A DNA stretch of 64,000 nucleotides, from contig CAYXIZ010000001.1 in NCBI GenBank assembly GCA_964465485.1, positions 49,332 to 113,331 on the forward strand, in the 5' to 3' direction. Below are positions 9,513 to 19,404 of this stretch, in pieces. The notes beneath the pieces are model-generated. The model did not search any database. It worked only from the letters and a program-made list of their open reading frames with translations, and was not told the origin of the DNA. Positions within the stretch are counted from its first letter, which is position 1; each line of letters starts with the position of its first letter. The DNA comes from an uncultured Rhodobacterales bacterium (GTDB lineage Bacteria > Pseudomonadota > Alphaproteobacteria > Rhodobacterales > Rhodobacteraceae). The position numbers were made by a program, and so were the translations under genes.

Positions 9513-12443
9513 CTATTCAAAGCTCTCGCTGATCAGCACGTCGTTGCTGTCGAATACCCGCGTGTGGACATCCCAGCTTTCCAGATCATCGACATCGAAC
9601 AGCAGCAGCTGATAGTTGGTATTATCGTAGGTTGTCGTTTTTCTGAACATATCCCCATCCTCGTTGCGCCTTTCCACGATCATGTCCCAGCTGGCGATGC
9701 TTTCTGTGTCGAGAATGACGCGGGTGCTGGCACCGGTGTCGCCGGTGGTCAGCTTGTCGTACATATTGCCTTCCGCGTTTGATAGCTCGCGGATTGTCTC
9801 CCAACTGGCGGTGTCGTTAGGGTCGAGGATGAGACGTAGCTGTGTGCCATTGTCGTAATTGGTGCGCTTGTCATAAAGCGCGCCCGTGTCGTCCCGAAAT
9901 TCAACAATGTTGTCCCAAACCTCCGTGCTATCAGTGTCAAAGAGAAGGCGTTGAGAAGTGCCGTCATCGTAGTTGAATCGTTTGTCATAGAGCGCGCCGC
10001 CTGCATCGCGAAACTCCTCGACAGAGTGCCACGTGTTTGCTTCGTCCACGTCCAGAATTGTACGAAGCTCGTTGCCATTGTCATAGAGAACACGTTTGTC
10101 ATCCAACGCGCCGTTAGAGTTGCGATCTTCGATGATCTGCTGCCAGACATTTGCGTCTTCGGTGTCGTTGATCAACCGCCTGCTGGTGGCGTCATCATAG
10201 ACCACCATCTGTTCGCTTAGCGAAGAGCTTTCGTCGAAATGCCGGGTGAAGCTGTCCCAGCCTCTGGTGTTCTCAGGGTCGTATGAGGCTTCAACCGTGC
10301 CCCCGTTATCGAGAAACTGGTCAAGTTGCGTGGGTTGGCCCTGATCATCAAGCTCCTCCACCTGCCGTCCCCAGCTTTCGTCTTCGGAGACATCAAAAGA
10401 CGTAATGGTTTGTGACCCGTCATCGTTCAGCGCCGTCAGTCTGGTCGTGTTTCCCGCGGTATCGAAGCTGATCCCGATTTGAGCAAACGCTTCATCGCCA
10501 TCGAGGTCAAACAAGGTGGCCACCAATGTAGAGGCGGCGGTTCCTATCCCGGAAAGAGCGGCGCGGCTCCAAGAGGTGATGTCACTTGTGCCGTTGAGAT
10601 AGGCAATCAACAGGTTGCCCGACGTGGCGTTCTGAATGACGTCTCCCGCCAAATGGACGTCTGTTCCGAGGATCTGCATATCAAAGCTGACCATGTTTTG
10701 GACAAAGATTGCATCACCAAAAAACCGGCCGGACAAAGTATCAACGCTTGCCCCCTCATAGTCGGTGACCATGTCTATATCTGCGTCCGCCGCATCAAAG
10801 ACGAAGGTGTCCTGGCCTTGACCGCCCGAAAGCGTGTCTTCACCGGTGCCACCGAAAATCAGATCGTCGCCATCGAAACCGAAAAGCGCATCATTGGCAC
10901 CATGGCCAAGCAACAAATCGGCGCCATCAGTGCCGTTCATACTATCGGCGGAATTTGAACCTTGGTTGAGCAGCATCCCGTTGGATGCGTTGGGGGCCGC
11001 GTTGGTGCCGACTTGCTCATCCACTGGGATGCGCCACAGCCCAAAGAAATCCTCATTGGTGAAGTCGCTTTGCTCAAGCGGGTTCCCGTCATGGCTGCGG
11101 ATGACCAACGTATTGTCGAGGTAGCTGATCTGAATACCATCCGCGAGCGGGACAAATTCAAGCGCGGTCAGCGAATAGGCGCGCGGCCAATGGCTGAGAT
11201 CAATCTGGTCGACACCATGCTCATAATCGGTGATTTCAACTGTTGTCCCAGTGTCGCGAAGAATGAATGTGTCGTTTCCATCACCACCGGTCAGCAGCGC
11301 GGTGCTTTCGTTGCTTAGCAGCGTGTCATCTATCGCAGTTCCCGCCCCTCTGCCGTCAATCACCGAGCCCATATTGCTGGTGTCGAAGGAGAAAGCGGAA
11401 ACCATGTCAGAGGCATCGGAGCCGGTCAGGATGACGAGCGTGTCACCCTCTGCAAAGAGTTCCAGCATCGTTATGTCGCCGAAACTGTCCGATCCGGGGT
11501 TCTCGTAGGTCGCAACCTCGCTGAGCATCCCGCCATTGAGCATTTGCAACAAGGTGACGCCGCCATCGCTGCCCGCCAATGCAACGAAAGCATGGTCGCC
11601 TATTGCCAGTGTCTCCACTTCCAGCACATTGCCGAAACGGGTGGTTGTGTTGTCATTGATCTGGTCAGTCAGTGTCAGTGCGCCGTCCTCCGCCAGCTCC
11701 AGAACGGTCAAGGACGATGTGCCATAGGAGGAGACCAGAACGTAGTCACGCCCGTTTACCGTCAGCTGCGACAGGCTTGTCGGGCTGTTGATTCCAAGCC
11801 CGTCTGCTGCGCCACGATGGTCAAGCTCCGTTACGTTGCCGTTTCCATCAATCTCGAAGCTTGCGATCATGTTGGCTTGTGCTGAGATGGCGACAAATCG
11901 GGTTTCTTCGCCAGATGCATGAACGGATAAATCGGTCACCCGGTAGCCGCCAAAAACGTCCGGCGCGATGGGTGTGTTCACGCCTACAAGCGTGTTCGTC
12001 TCGTCGATTGTAAAGGTGCCAACCATCTGGCCATCATAGCAGGACGCCACGATGGTCGGCGTCGGCCCACCCTCAATCAGTTCGACCGTCTTGATCCCCA
12101 ACCCAGCAGTTCCCGAGACGGTGTTGAATGCGCCGATGCTGCCATCCGACGCCACTGCTGCGACCTGAAGCTCGCCCGACACACTATGCACCGAGAACAG
12201 GTAAGGAGTGTTCGCTGCCTCAGATGCGAGCGGCACGGATCCAGTTTGTGCGGCTGCGTCATTCATGAACGTGACCTGTCCCGTCAGAAGGGAAATCTGG
12301 CCCGATTGAATGTCGGCACCGTTATTGCTGGAGAATGTCAGCGTTCTTCCCGTCGCGCCGTTGATCACCTCAAGCGCATCCAAGCCCACTTGGTCTGTGC
12401 CAGAGGAGCTGCCCAATTCACCGAGATACTGTATATTTGCCAT
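9513..12443 (-). CDS. large acidic secreted protein: beta-propeller-like N-terminus, RTX Ca-binding repeats, C-terminal 38-aa repeats
   Basis: GGxGxD-type nonapeptides (GHGANDALFGFDGDDLIFGGTGEDTLSGGQGQDTF). Start assigned to MANIQYLG; the track ORF extends to 12602. Confidence 0.8.
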   Translation of the reverse strand: MANIQYLGELGSSSGTDQVGLDALEVINGATGRTLTFSSNNGADIQSGQISLLTGQVTFMNDAAAQTGSVPLASEAANTPYLFSVHSVSGELQVAAVASDGSIGAFNTVSGTAGLGIKTVELIEGGPTPTIVASCYDGQMVGTFTIDETNTLVGVNTPIAPDVFGGYRVTDLSVHASGEETRFVAISAQANMIASFEIDGNGNVTELDHRGAADGLGINSPTSLSQLTVNGRDYVLVSSYGTSSLTVLELAEDGALTLTDQINDNTTTRFGNVLEVETLAIGDHAFVALAGSDGGVTLLQMLNGGMLSEVATYENPGSDSFGDITMLELFAEGDTLVILTGSDASDMVSAFSFDTSNMGSVIDGRGAGTAIDDTLLSNESTALLTGGDGNDTFILRDTGTTVEITDYEHGVDQIDLSHWPRAYSLTALEFVPLADGIQISYLDNTLVIRSHDGNPLEQSDFTNEDFFGLWRIPVDEQVGTNAAPNASNGMLLNQGSNSADSMNGTDGADLLLGHGANDALFGFDGDDLIFGGTGEDTLSGGQGQDTFVFDAADADIDMVTDYEGASVDTLSGRFFGDAIFVQNMVSFDMQILGTDVHLAGDVIQNATSGNLLIAYLNGTSDITSWSRAALSGIGTAASTLVATLFDLDGDEAFAQIGISFDTAGNTTRLTALNDDGSQTITSFDVSEDESWGRQVEELDDQGQPTQLDQFLDNGGTVEASYDPENTRGWDSFTRHFDESSSLSEQMVVYDDATSRRLINDTEDANVWQQIIEDRNSNGALDDKRVLYDNGNELRTILDVDEANTWHSVEEFRDAGGALYDKRFNYDDGTSQRLLFDTDSTEVWDNIVEFRDDTGALYDKRTNYDNGTQLRLILDPNDTASWETIRELSNAEGNMYDKLTTGDTGASTRVILDTESIASWDMIVERRNEDGDMFRKTTTYDNTNYQLLLFDVDDLESWDVHTRVFDSNDVLISESFE
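9516..10512 (-). repeat. tandem 38-aa (114-bp) coding repeats, about 8-9 units
   Basis: Trp every 38 residues; consensus W-x2-I-x-E-x-RD-x2-G-x-LYDKR-x-NYD-x-G. Confidence 0.85.
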
Positions 12444-12717
12444 TGCTTCTTCACCGAACCAAAAATTTCTGCTGTCCCCATATGAAACCCTCATCAGTTC
12501 ATGGCGAAGACCGGAATATGGCAGCCAAGCGGTTCTTCTTTCAGTTTTTAATTGATTGGTAATAGCCGGGTGGAAGGGGGTCTTCTTGCCCGTCGCGTCC
12601 AACCATTGATGACCAAACAGCGCTTTGAACGCCCCTACTAACTTCTTGGCAACCTTTGTGGCGCAGAGTTTGAAGCGGTCCCAACTTCATGGCTGATCTG
12701 ACCTGGGACCTAACGAA

Positions 12718-15228
12718 ATGGGGCCCTTTGCTATGCTAGACCAACAGTCTTTACCGTCTTCCTGCCATCTGAGTGATGACCATGTCTGTGATGAAAACTG
12801 CAGCCATGACCATGAGCACAGATATCCCACTGATCCTGCCACGCGGGAGGTGCGCGTCTACGGCCCTCCGGTGGATGAGGTTGAGGATTTGCCGGCCACC
12901 GCCGCCACACCGATTACTTTGGGACATGATGACAGCCTGAATGGCTCGATTGCGTTTCTGGGCGATATCGACTGGGTTCGCATCGAGGTGCCTGCCGGGG
13001 CCACGGCCACCATTACCATGACTGCCGATGGCAACGGGGCGGTGGCTGATCCGCTCGTCAGGCTGTTCGATGCGAGCGGCGACTTTCTTTACAATGAGAC
13101 CGGGTATAGCGCGACGACGTCTTCCATTGTGGTGACAAATTCGGGGTCCGCTCCGGAGACGTATTTTGTGTCTGCGGAGGACTATTCGGGCAATGATCTT
13201 GGCACCTATGTTCTTGCGGTCGATATGTCGATCCCGGCAAGCGCGGTGGAGTTCTCCGTTGCCGATGTCGTCACCCAGCTGACAGAGGATTATTGGACAT
13301 GGTCTGGCAACGGCTCGTCGGCTGATGCCTACGCCTGGGACGTCGTGCCTGGTGACGCCATCGCCGTTGACCTGAGCGGCCTTTCGGCAGGCGGGCGTGC
13401 TTTTGCGTTGGACGCGCTGGCGGCTTGGACAATGGTGACCGGTATCGAGTTCAACGAGACGACGCTTGCCGTTGGTGGCGCGGGCATTCGGTTCAATGAT
13501 GACGACACCAACAGCGCCTATGCCTCCTTTTCGAACACCTCAAACGGCGAGATCCTAAGTGCTGCCATCAATATCGGAACGGGGTGGATCGACGGGGACT
13601 GGTTTACGAATGGTGAGGGGCAGGTCGTGCTCGATCATTCGAGCTACTCGTTTCAGACCTATATTCATGAGATAGGCCATGTTTTGGGTCTTGGGCATGC
13701 CGGGCTCTATAATGGCAACGCCACCTACGGGGTGGACAACAATTACCGAAATGACAGCTGGCAAATGTCGGTGATGTCCTATTTCAGCCAGAGCGAGAAT
13801 ACGTTCATTGATGCGTCCTTTGCCTATGTGATGACCCCCATGCTGGCTGACATTGCCGCCGTGCAAAGCCTTTACGGCGTCGATGGTACGCTGCGTGCCG
13901 GGGACACGATTTATGGGGAGGGGTCCACTGCTGGCGGTTACTACGACACCATGTTTGGAGAAAACACGGCGACCTATACCATCCTTGATGATGGTGGCGT
14001 TGATCTGTTGGATCTGTCGGGAACAAGTGCCTCAAGCCGCGTTGACCTGACCCCTGGCGCTATCTCAGATGTGCGGGGCAGTATTGGCAACCTGACGCTT
14101 TATACTGACACGGTGATCGAAAACCTGCGCACAGGCTCCGGGGATGATACGCTATTGGGCAACGCGGTTGCCAATATGCTGATCGGCGGTTTGGGCAATG
14201 ACGTGCTGAGCGGCGGCGACGGCGCAGACACGCTGTTTGGTGGCGGGCAGGATGACATGCTGGTCGGCGGGGAGGATGACGACATCTTCGTTTTTGCGGC
14301 ACCACAAGGAACCGTTGGAGATTACGCATTCTCTTCGGTGGATCAAAACTTGGGAGTGGTCTCCGGCGATTTGATCTACCTAGAGGGGATGACGGAATTT
14401 GATGTGACTTCTGTAGGAGGTATAGTTTCCATTGGCGGAATATCCGCGCAAATGGCCTCTGCGGATGGGAATATTGCCGTCGTGGCCTCTGCGGACACAG
14501 CGCTGACAGAGGCGTGGAGCATCGGTGATCTGAGCGCGTCATTTGATCTGGCAGACGCAGACCTGACGGTTTTTGATCTGGGCATTGAGGAAGCTTTCCA
14601 CACGCAGGTGTTCGAATATGACCTGGCAGGCGCTTTGTCCCGCCTGACGATTTCCTATGATGAGGACAGCATGCGGGTCACTGATTATGACACTGATGCC
14701 ACGCGAAGCTGGGAGACGATCCTGACCTATTTTGACAGCTCGGATCAGCTCTTTGACCGGCGCGTGAATTATGACAGCGGGCAGCAGATCAGAACTATCA
14801 CTGATGTTGACGAAGCAGAGGTTTGGGACACCATCCTTGAGTATCGCGACGAGAACGGGGACCTCTATGACAAGCGGACCAATTACGACATTGGCAACCA
14901 GCTGCGCGTCATTCTTGATGTTGAGGAAGATCAGCTTTGGGACACTATATTTGAGTACCGTGACGAGAACGGGAATCTCTATGACAAACGGACCAATTAC
15001 GACACCGGTTTGCAAACGCGCTACATCCCTGATTTCGACAACAGCCAAGTCTGGACCGATATCGTTGAAAACCGGGATGCTGATGATGTTCTGACCAAGA
15101 AACTGACGACCTATGACAATGATCAGGAGCAGGTGATCTTGTTCGACCTGGAAAACCAATTCGCGTGGGACTCCCATATTCGCGTCTTTGACACGGATGG
15201 CAGCCTGCTTTCTGAAGAGTTTGTTTAG
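12718..15228 (+). CDS. serralysin-like M10 zinc metalloprotease with RTX repeats and C-terminal 38-aa repeats
   Basis: HEIGHVLGLGH metzincin motif, SVMSY Met-turn, TPMLADIAAVQSLYG, IENLRTGSGDD and GGxGxD repeats. Start may be 12733. Confidence 0.9.
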   Translation: MGPFAMLDQQSLPSSCHLSDDHVCDENCSHDHEHRYPTDPATREVRVYGPPVDEVEDLPATAATPITLGHDDSLNGSIAFLGDIDWVRIEVPAGATATITMTADGNGAVADPLVRLFDASGDFLYNETGYSATTSSIVVTNSGSAPETYFVSAEDYSGNDLGTYVLAVDMSIPASAVEFSVADVVTQLTEDYWTWSGNGSSADAYAWDVVPGDAIAVDLSGLSAGGRAFALDALAAWTMVTGIEFNETTLAVGGAGIRFNDDDTNSAYASFSNTSNGEILSAAINIGTGWIDGDWFTNGEGQVVLDHSSYSFQTYIHEIGHVLGLGHAGLYNGNATYGVDNNYRNDSWQMSVMSYFSQSENTFIDASFAYVMTPMLADIAAVQSLYGVDGTLRAGDTIYGEGSTAGGYYDTMFGENTATYTILDDGGVDLLDLSGTSASSRVDLTPGAISDVRGSIGNLTLYTDTVIENLRTGSGDDTLLGNAVANMLIGGLGNDVLSGGDGADTLFGGGQDDMLVGGEDDDIFVFAAPQGTVGDYAFSSVDQNLGVVSGDLIYLEGMTEFDVTSVGGIVSIGGISAQMASADGNIAVVASADTALTEAWSIGDLSASFDLADADLTVFDLGIEEAFHTQVFEYDLAGALSRLTISYDEDSMRVTDYDTDATRSWETILTYFDSSDQLFDRRVNYDSGQQIRTITDVDEAEVWDTILEYRDENGDLYDKRTNYDIGNQLRVILDVEEDQLWDTIFEYRDENGNLYDKRTNYDTGLQTRYIPDFDNSQVWTDIVENRDADDVLTKKLTTYDNDQEQVILFDLENQFAWDSHIRVFDTDGSLLSEEFV
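14572..15225 (+). repeat. tandem 38-aa (114-bp) coding repeats, about 5-6 units
   Basis: Units starting at 14824 and 14938 are visibly similar in DNA (tgggacac...gacgagaacggg...ctctatgacaa.cggaccaattacgaca). Confidence 0.85.
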
Positions 15229-15231
15229 ACC

Positions 15232-15987
15232 CTATCCATGGAGCATTCTTCGCGCGACATGACGCAGTGTGGCCTGTATCGCGGCAGGCCGTGACAACCC
15301 AGCCTGCGCGTGAAGCATGCGGCATGTCGCGAGGGTGCTGTGCCAAGAGTTGGAGCTGAGCGATCCTTTTTGTCGGTGGTGAATGGCCAATGGCTCGGCC
15401 AGAGCCGCCGCTGTCGGGGTGAGCGTCAGAAGGTGTAGCCAAAGGGCGTAATCGTGGCGTTTGGGGATATCTGGCATTGGCTGCTTGCCCAAGTGCTTGG
15501 TGTCGTAAACCGCGGTCAGACATCCGATCCTGTTGCCCCAGAGAAGCATTTTGCGGGTCAACATCTTGGGCGCGACCCGGATATAATCCGCGCGTGCTGT
15601 GCGCCGCAGATAATAACTGGTGTAGCTGAAGACTGTGCCGTGGGTCTGCATGAAATTGAGTTGTCGTTCCAGCTTGGAAGGCAGCCAAAGGTCATCTGCA
15701 TCCAAAAAGGCAATGAAGCGACCTTTGGCCTGATTGAGAGCATAATTGCGTGCGGCGGCAGCGCCTGTTTTGTTTGCCGGGCTTTCCAACGGAATGACCC
15801 GTGGGTCTTGCTTGGCTCTCTCGCGTATAATGGCTGCGCTGTCGTCTGAAGACCCGTCATCTGCGACTAATAACTCCCAGTCTTGGAGCGTCTGATCTTG
15901 GACGGATTGGATCGCTGCGGCCACCGTAGGGCCTGCGTTGCGGCACGGCATCAAGATAGAGACGCGCGCTGTATCAGGTGAGCGCAT
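15232..15987 (-). CDS. glycosyltransferase family 2
   Basis: VSILMPCRN, DDGSSD, ARNYAL and FLDADDLW. Confidence 0.9.
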   Translation of the reverse strand: MRSPDTARVSILMPCRNAGPTVAAAIQSVQDQTLQDWELLVADDGSSDDSAAIIRERAKQDPRVIPLESPANKTGAAAARNYALNQAKGRFIAFLDADDLWLPSKLERQLNFMQTHGTVFSYTSYYLRRTARADYIRVAPKMLTRKMLLWGNRIGCLTAVYDTKHLGKQPMPDIPKRHDYALWLHLLTLTPTAAALAEPLAIHHRQKGSLSSNSWHSTLATCRMLHAQAGLSRPAAIQATLRHVARRMLHG

Positions 15988-17098
15988 CGTGCAGGACCTC
16001 GATCACTTGGTCTTGGTTTTGATCTGTCAGATAGGGATGCATTGGCAAGCTGAACACGGTGGCCGCAGCAATTTTGCATTCTCGAAGCCCTTTTGGGTCC
16101 ATTGGAAAAGACGCGTAGGCGGTCTGCTGATGCAATGGCTTTGGGTAATAGATGCCAGCCGGAATATGTGCCGCCTCAAGCGCAGCGATGAGTTTTTCGC
16201 GAGGTGTATCCTCGGGCGCACGTAGGGTGTATTGCGCCCAGGTGGAGACCAGCCCTTCGGGCACATATGGGACGCACAAAAGATTGCCCAGTGCAGCGGT
16301 GTAGCGAGCGGCGACCTTGTTGCGACGGCGGATCTCCTCCGGGAAAATCGCGAGCTTTTCGCATAGGATTGCTGCTTGCAAAGTATCGAGCCGGGAGTTC
16401 ATCCCGATGCGCTGGCAATCATATTTGTGGTGGCCTTTTCCATGCACCCTGAGGGAGGTAATCTTGTCGGCTAAGTCCTCTTTCTGGGTGAACACCGCGC
16501 CGCCGTCTCCGTAGCAGCCAAGGGGTTTGGCCGGAAAGAAGGACGTCGTTGCAATATCGCCTAGCGTGCCTGTTCTTCGCCCTTTGTAGGTGCCACCGAA
16601 ACCCTGTGCACTGTCGGCGATCAAACGCATCTTACTGGCCGCGCAGATCTCGGACAGGGCATCGTAATCGGCAGGCCGCCCGAACAGATCGACGGCAATC
16701 ACCGCCGCAGGGTTCAGCCCTAGGTCTCGTGCATGGGCAATCGCACGCCTCAGGCTGTTCGCGCAAATGTTGAACGTGGTCGGGTCTATGTCGACAAAGA
16801 CAGGGGTTGCGCCGGTTGAAGGGATCACCTCAGCGGTCGCTGCGAAGGTGAAGGCGGGGCAGAAGACGGCGTCGCCTTTACCGATCTCCAACGCCATCAA
16901 TGCAAGTTGCAACGCGTCGGTTCCGTTGGCGCAGGTCAGTGCGTGTTTGGCCCCGCAAAACTCGGAGAGAGCCTGCTCAAGCTCCGTCACCTCGGGGCCC
17001 ATGATGTAGGCTCCGTGGTCCAGCACGGCTGCAATGCGAGCGTCTATTTTAGCTCTGATCCGGGCCTGCTGCGCTGCAAGGTCGATAAACTGCATCAT
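15974..17098 (-). CDS. wbpE: DegT/DnrJ/EryC1/StrS aminotransferase (WbpE/WlbC-like)
   Basis: ANGTDAL, DSAQ, SFFPAKPLGCYGDGG and GMNSRLD; adjacent to wbpA- and wbpB-like genes. Confidence 0.85.
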   Translation of the reverse strand: MMQFIDLAAQQARIRAKIDARIAAVLDHGAYIMGPEVTELEQALSEFCGAKHALTCANGTDALQLALMALEIGKGDAVFCPAFTFAATAEVIPSTGATPVFVDIDPTTFNICANSLRRAIAHARDLGLNPAAVIAVDLFGRPADYDALSEICAASKMRLIADSAQGFGGTYKGRRTGTLGDIATTSFFPAKPLGCYGDGGAVFTQKEDLADKITSLRVHGKGHHKYDCQRIGMNSRLDTLQAAILCEKLAIFPEEIRRRNKVAARYTAALGNLLCVPYVPEGLVSTWAQYTLRAPEDTPREKLIAALEAAHIPAGIYYPKPLHQQTAYASFPMDPKGLRECKIAAATVFSLPMHPYLTDQNQDQVIEVLHDALT

Positions 17099-18033
17099 AC
17101 CGCGACAATCTTGGCGAGATCAGGGTGTTGCTCGCCCCGCTTCGGTTCAATCGGTGCTGTGCGGATGTGGGAGACCGTTTCAATTGAGGGGCGCACTTCG
17201 TCCAATCCGTAGCCTGTTCCAGCCAGCATATTGGCGTAGCTGGCGGTGTGCAGGTCGGTGAAACCGCCGGAGAATTCGATCTCCTGCCCATCTACGGTGA
17301 TCGAGCGATGGGTGCTTTGTCCCTCTGGCGTGTGGGCAGGAAGGTGGTCGCGGTTGATGGACAAAACCCAGCGCACACGCGCACGTTCAAATTCCAGATA
17401 CCCGGCAGAGGCATCTGCGGCGCGGTGGTGGACAATGTTGGTTTTCAACGGACCAAAGACGAAGGACAGCATGTCATAGAAATGCACGCCAATATTGGTC
17501 GCTATACCGCCTGATTTATGCTCAAACCCTTTCCAGCTGGCATGATACCAAGCGCCACGAGAGGTGAAATAACCAAGGTCGACGTCATGGATTCTGCCGC
17601 TCGTGTCCGCAGCAATCCGGTCACGCAGCGCGACGATGGCGGGATGCAGCCGCAGCTGCAAAATGGAGAACACCCTGCGTCCGGTTTCCGCCTCAAGTTG
17701 CGCGAGGTCGTCGATGTCTGAGGGATTCAGAACCAAAGGTTTCTCGCACAGCGCGTCGGCGCTTGCGCGCAGGGCGAATGCGATGTGGTCCTTGTGCAGG
17801 TAGTTAGGCGAGCAGACGGACACGTAGTTGATGTCGGCCCGCCGCTGGACATGTGACGCGAAGGGCTCGAACTCAGTGAAGAAAGCCGCGTCTGGAAAAT
17901 GGCTGTCCATGATGCCGACGCTGTCATTGACATCATAGGCGCAGCTCAGGTGGCCTCTGGTCCGGCTGATGGCCTTCAAGTGGCGCGGTGCGATATAGCC
18001 CGCGGCGCCGATGAGGGCGTATGTCTTGTGCAT
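17095..18033 (-). CDS. wbpB: Gfo/Idh/MocA oxidoreductase (UDP-GlcNAcA 3-dehydrogenase, WbpB/WlbA-like)
   Basis: ALIGAAGYIAPRH, CSPNYLH, CEKPL and ATNIGVHFYD. Confidence 0.88.
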   Translation of the reverse strand: MHKTYALIGAAGYIAPRHLKAISRTRGHLSCAYDVNDSVGIMDSHFPDAAFFTEFEPFASHVQRRADINYVSVCSPNYLHKDHIAFALRASADALCEKPLVLNPSDIDDLAQLEAETGRRVFSILQLRLHPAIVALRDRIAADTSGRIHDVDLGYFTSRGAWYHASWKGFEHKSGGIATNIGVHFYDMLSFVFGPLKTNIVHHRAADASAGYLEFERARVRWVLSINRDHLPAHTPEGQSTHRSITVDGQEIEFSGGFTDLHTASYANMLAGTGYGLDEVRPSIETVSHIRTAPIEPKRGEQHPDLAKIVAV

Positions 18034-18034
18034 A

Positions 18035-19378
18035 TCAGGCTCGCTCGACATTGCTGGCCTCTGCGAACTTGCCGCGCGTGTCAATGACCACCTGCGCGTG
18101 TTGTGCGATCAGGTCGTAGTCAAAATCGCTATGGTCGGTCAGCAGAACAATCGCGTCGAAACTTGCGATGGATTTGGCGGTCAGCTTGACGGAGGCCAGA
18201 TCAAAGTCGTGCTCGCGCATCAGGGGAAAGACCGGGACGTTGGGGTCGGAATAAGCGATGTCGGCACCCCAGTCCCGGAGCCGTTCCATTACGAAGACGG
18301 AAGGGCTTTCGCGCATGTCGTCCACGTCACGTTTATAGGCTACGCCCAGCGCCAGCACCTTCGATCCTTTCAAGCTTTTGCCGCGTTCGTTCAGCGCCCT
18401 TACGGTCTTGTCGACGACATATTGGGGCATCGCGGCGTTGACCTCGCCCGCTAGCTCAATGAAGCGCGTGTTGACGCCGTATTCGCGGGCCTTCCAGGTC
18501 AGGTAGAACGGATCAACGGGGATGCAGTGCCCCCCGATGCCGGGGCCGGGGTAATAGGCGGTGAAGCCGAAGGGCTTGGTTTTGGCGGCGTCGATGATTT
18601 CGAAGATATCGAGGTGCATGGCGTCCGCCACGACCTTCAGCTCATTCACCAATCCAATGTTGATAGAGCGGTGGATATTCTCGAGCAGCTTGACCATCTC
18701 CGCCGCGCGGGTGGAGCTGACGGGTACCACCTTGTCGATGAACTTCGCGTAGAGTTCCTGACCGGCCGCGAGGCAGTACTCCGAATAGCCCCCGACGATC
18801 TTGGGAATGGTGCGCGTGTCAAACGCAACGTTGCCGGGATCCTCGCGTTCTGGGGAATAGACGAGGAAGAAATCCTCCCCAACCGTCAGGCCCGTTTCTT
18901 CGATATAGGGCAGCAAGACCTCGTCTGTTGTGCCGGGCCATGTCGTGCTTTCCAGGCTAAGAAGCTGGCCTTTGCGAAAATACGGGCTGATCGCTTGCAT
19001 CGTGGCTTTGACAAAGCTCAGATCCGGTTCGCGGGTCCGGTCCAGAGGCGTTGGAACGCAGATAATCAGCGCATCACACTCGGCCACGCGCGAGAAATCA
19101 GCCGTGGCTTCGAACCCGGATTTGACCATGTTGAACACCTTGGTGTCGGACAGGTGTTTGATCGGGCTTTTGCCTGCGTTCAATTGGTCAATGCGCTCTT
19201 TCACGATATCGAAGCCGACGACTTTGTCGCCTGTTTCGGCCACCCGTAGAGCCAGTGGAATTCCAACATAGCCCATCCCCAGTATGCCTATAGTTTGGAA
19301 TTTGGAGTTGGGTTGTTTTGTTAACTGTTTGAAAACATTGGTTTGCTTGAACTGGGTTTTTGGGGAATGTAGTGTCAA
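18035..19378 (-). CDS. wbpA: nucleotide-sugar 6-dehydrogenase (UDP-GlcNAc dehydrogenase, WbpA-like)
   Basis: [22 protein letters not shown] and [13 protein letters not shown]. Start codon uncertain. Confidence 0.85.
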   Translation of the reverse strand: MTLHSPKTQFKQTNVFKQLTKQPNSKFQTIGILGMGYVGIPLALRVAETGDKVVGFDIVKERIDQLNAGKSPIKHLSDTKVFNMVKSGFEATADFSRVAECDALIICVPTPLDRTREPDLSFVKATMQAISPYFRKGQLLSLESTTWPGTTDEVLLPYIEETGLTVGEDFFLVYSPEREDPGNVAFDTRTIPKIVGGYSEYCLAAGQELYAKFIDKVVPVSSTRAAEMVKLLENIHRSINIGLVNELKVVADAMHLDIFEIIDAAKTKPFGFTAYYPGPGIGGHCIPVDPFYLTWKAREYGVNTRFIELAGEVNAAMPQYVVDKTVRALNERGKSLKGSKVLALGVAYKRDVDDMRESPSVFVMERLRDWGADIAYSDPNVPVFPLMREHDFDLASVKLTAKSIASFDAIVLLTDHSDFDYDLIAQHAQVVIDTRGKFAEASNVERA

Positions 19379-19404
19379 AGTCGCCCTCCTGCGGAGCCCG
19401 CATA

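Noticed and set aside
14824-15051. 114-bp DNA repeats as a CRISPR array or a diversity-generating retroelement TR/VR pair
   Set aside because: They are in-frame coding repeats without unique spacers, the differences are not adenine-specific, and no cas or reverse transcriptase gene is present.
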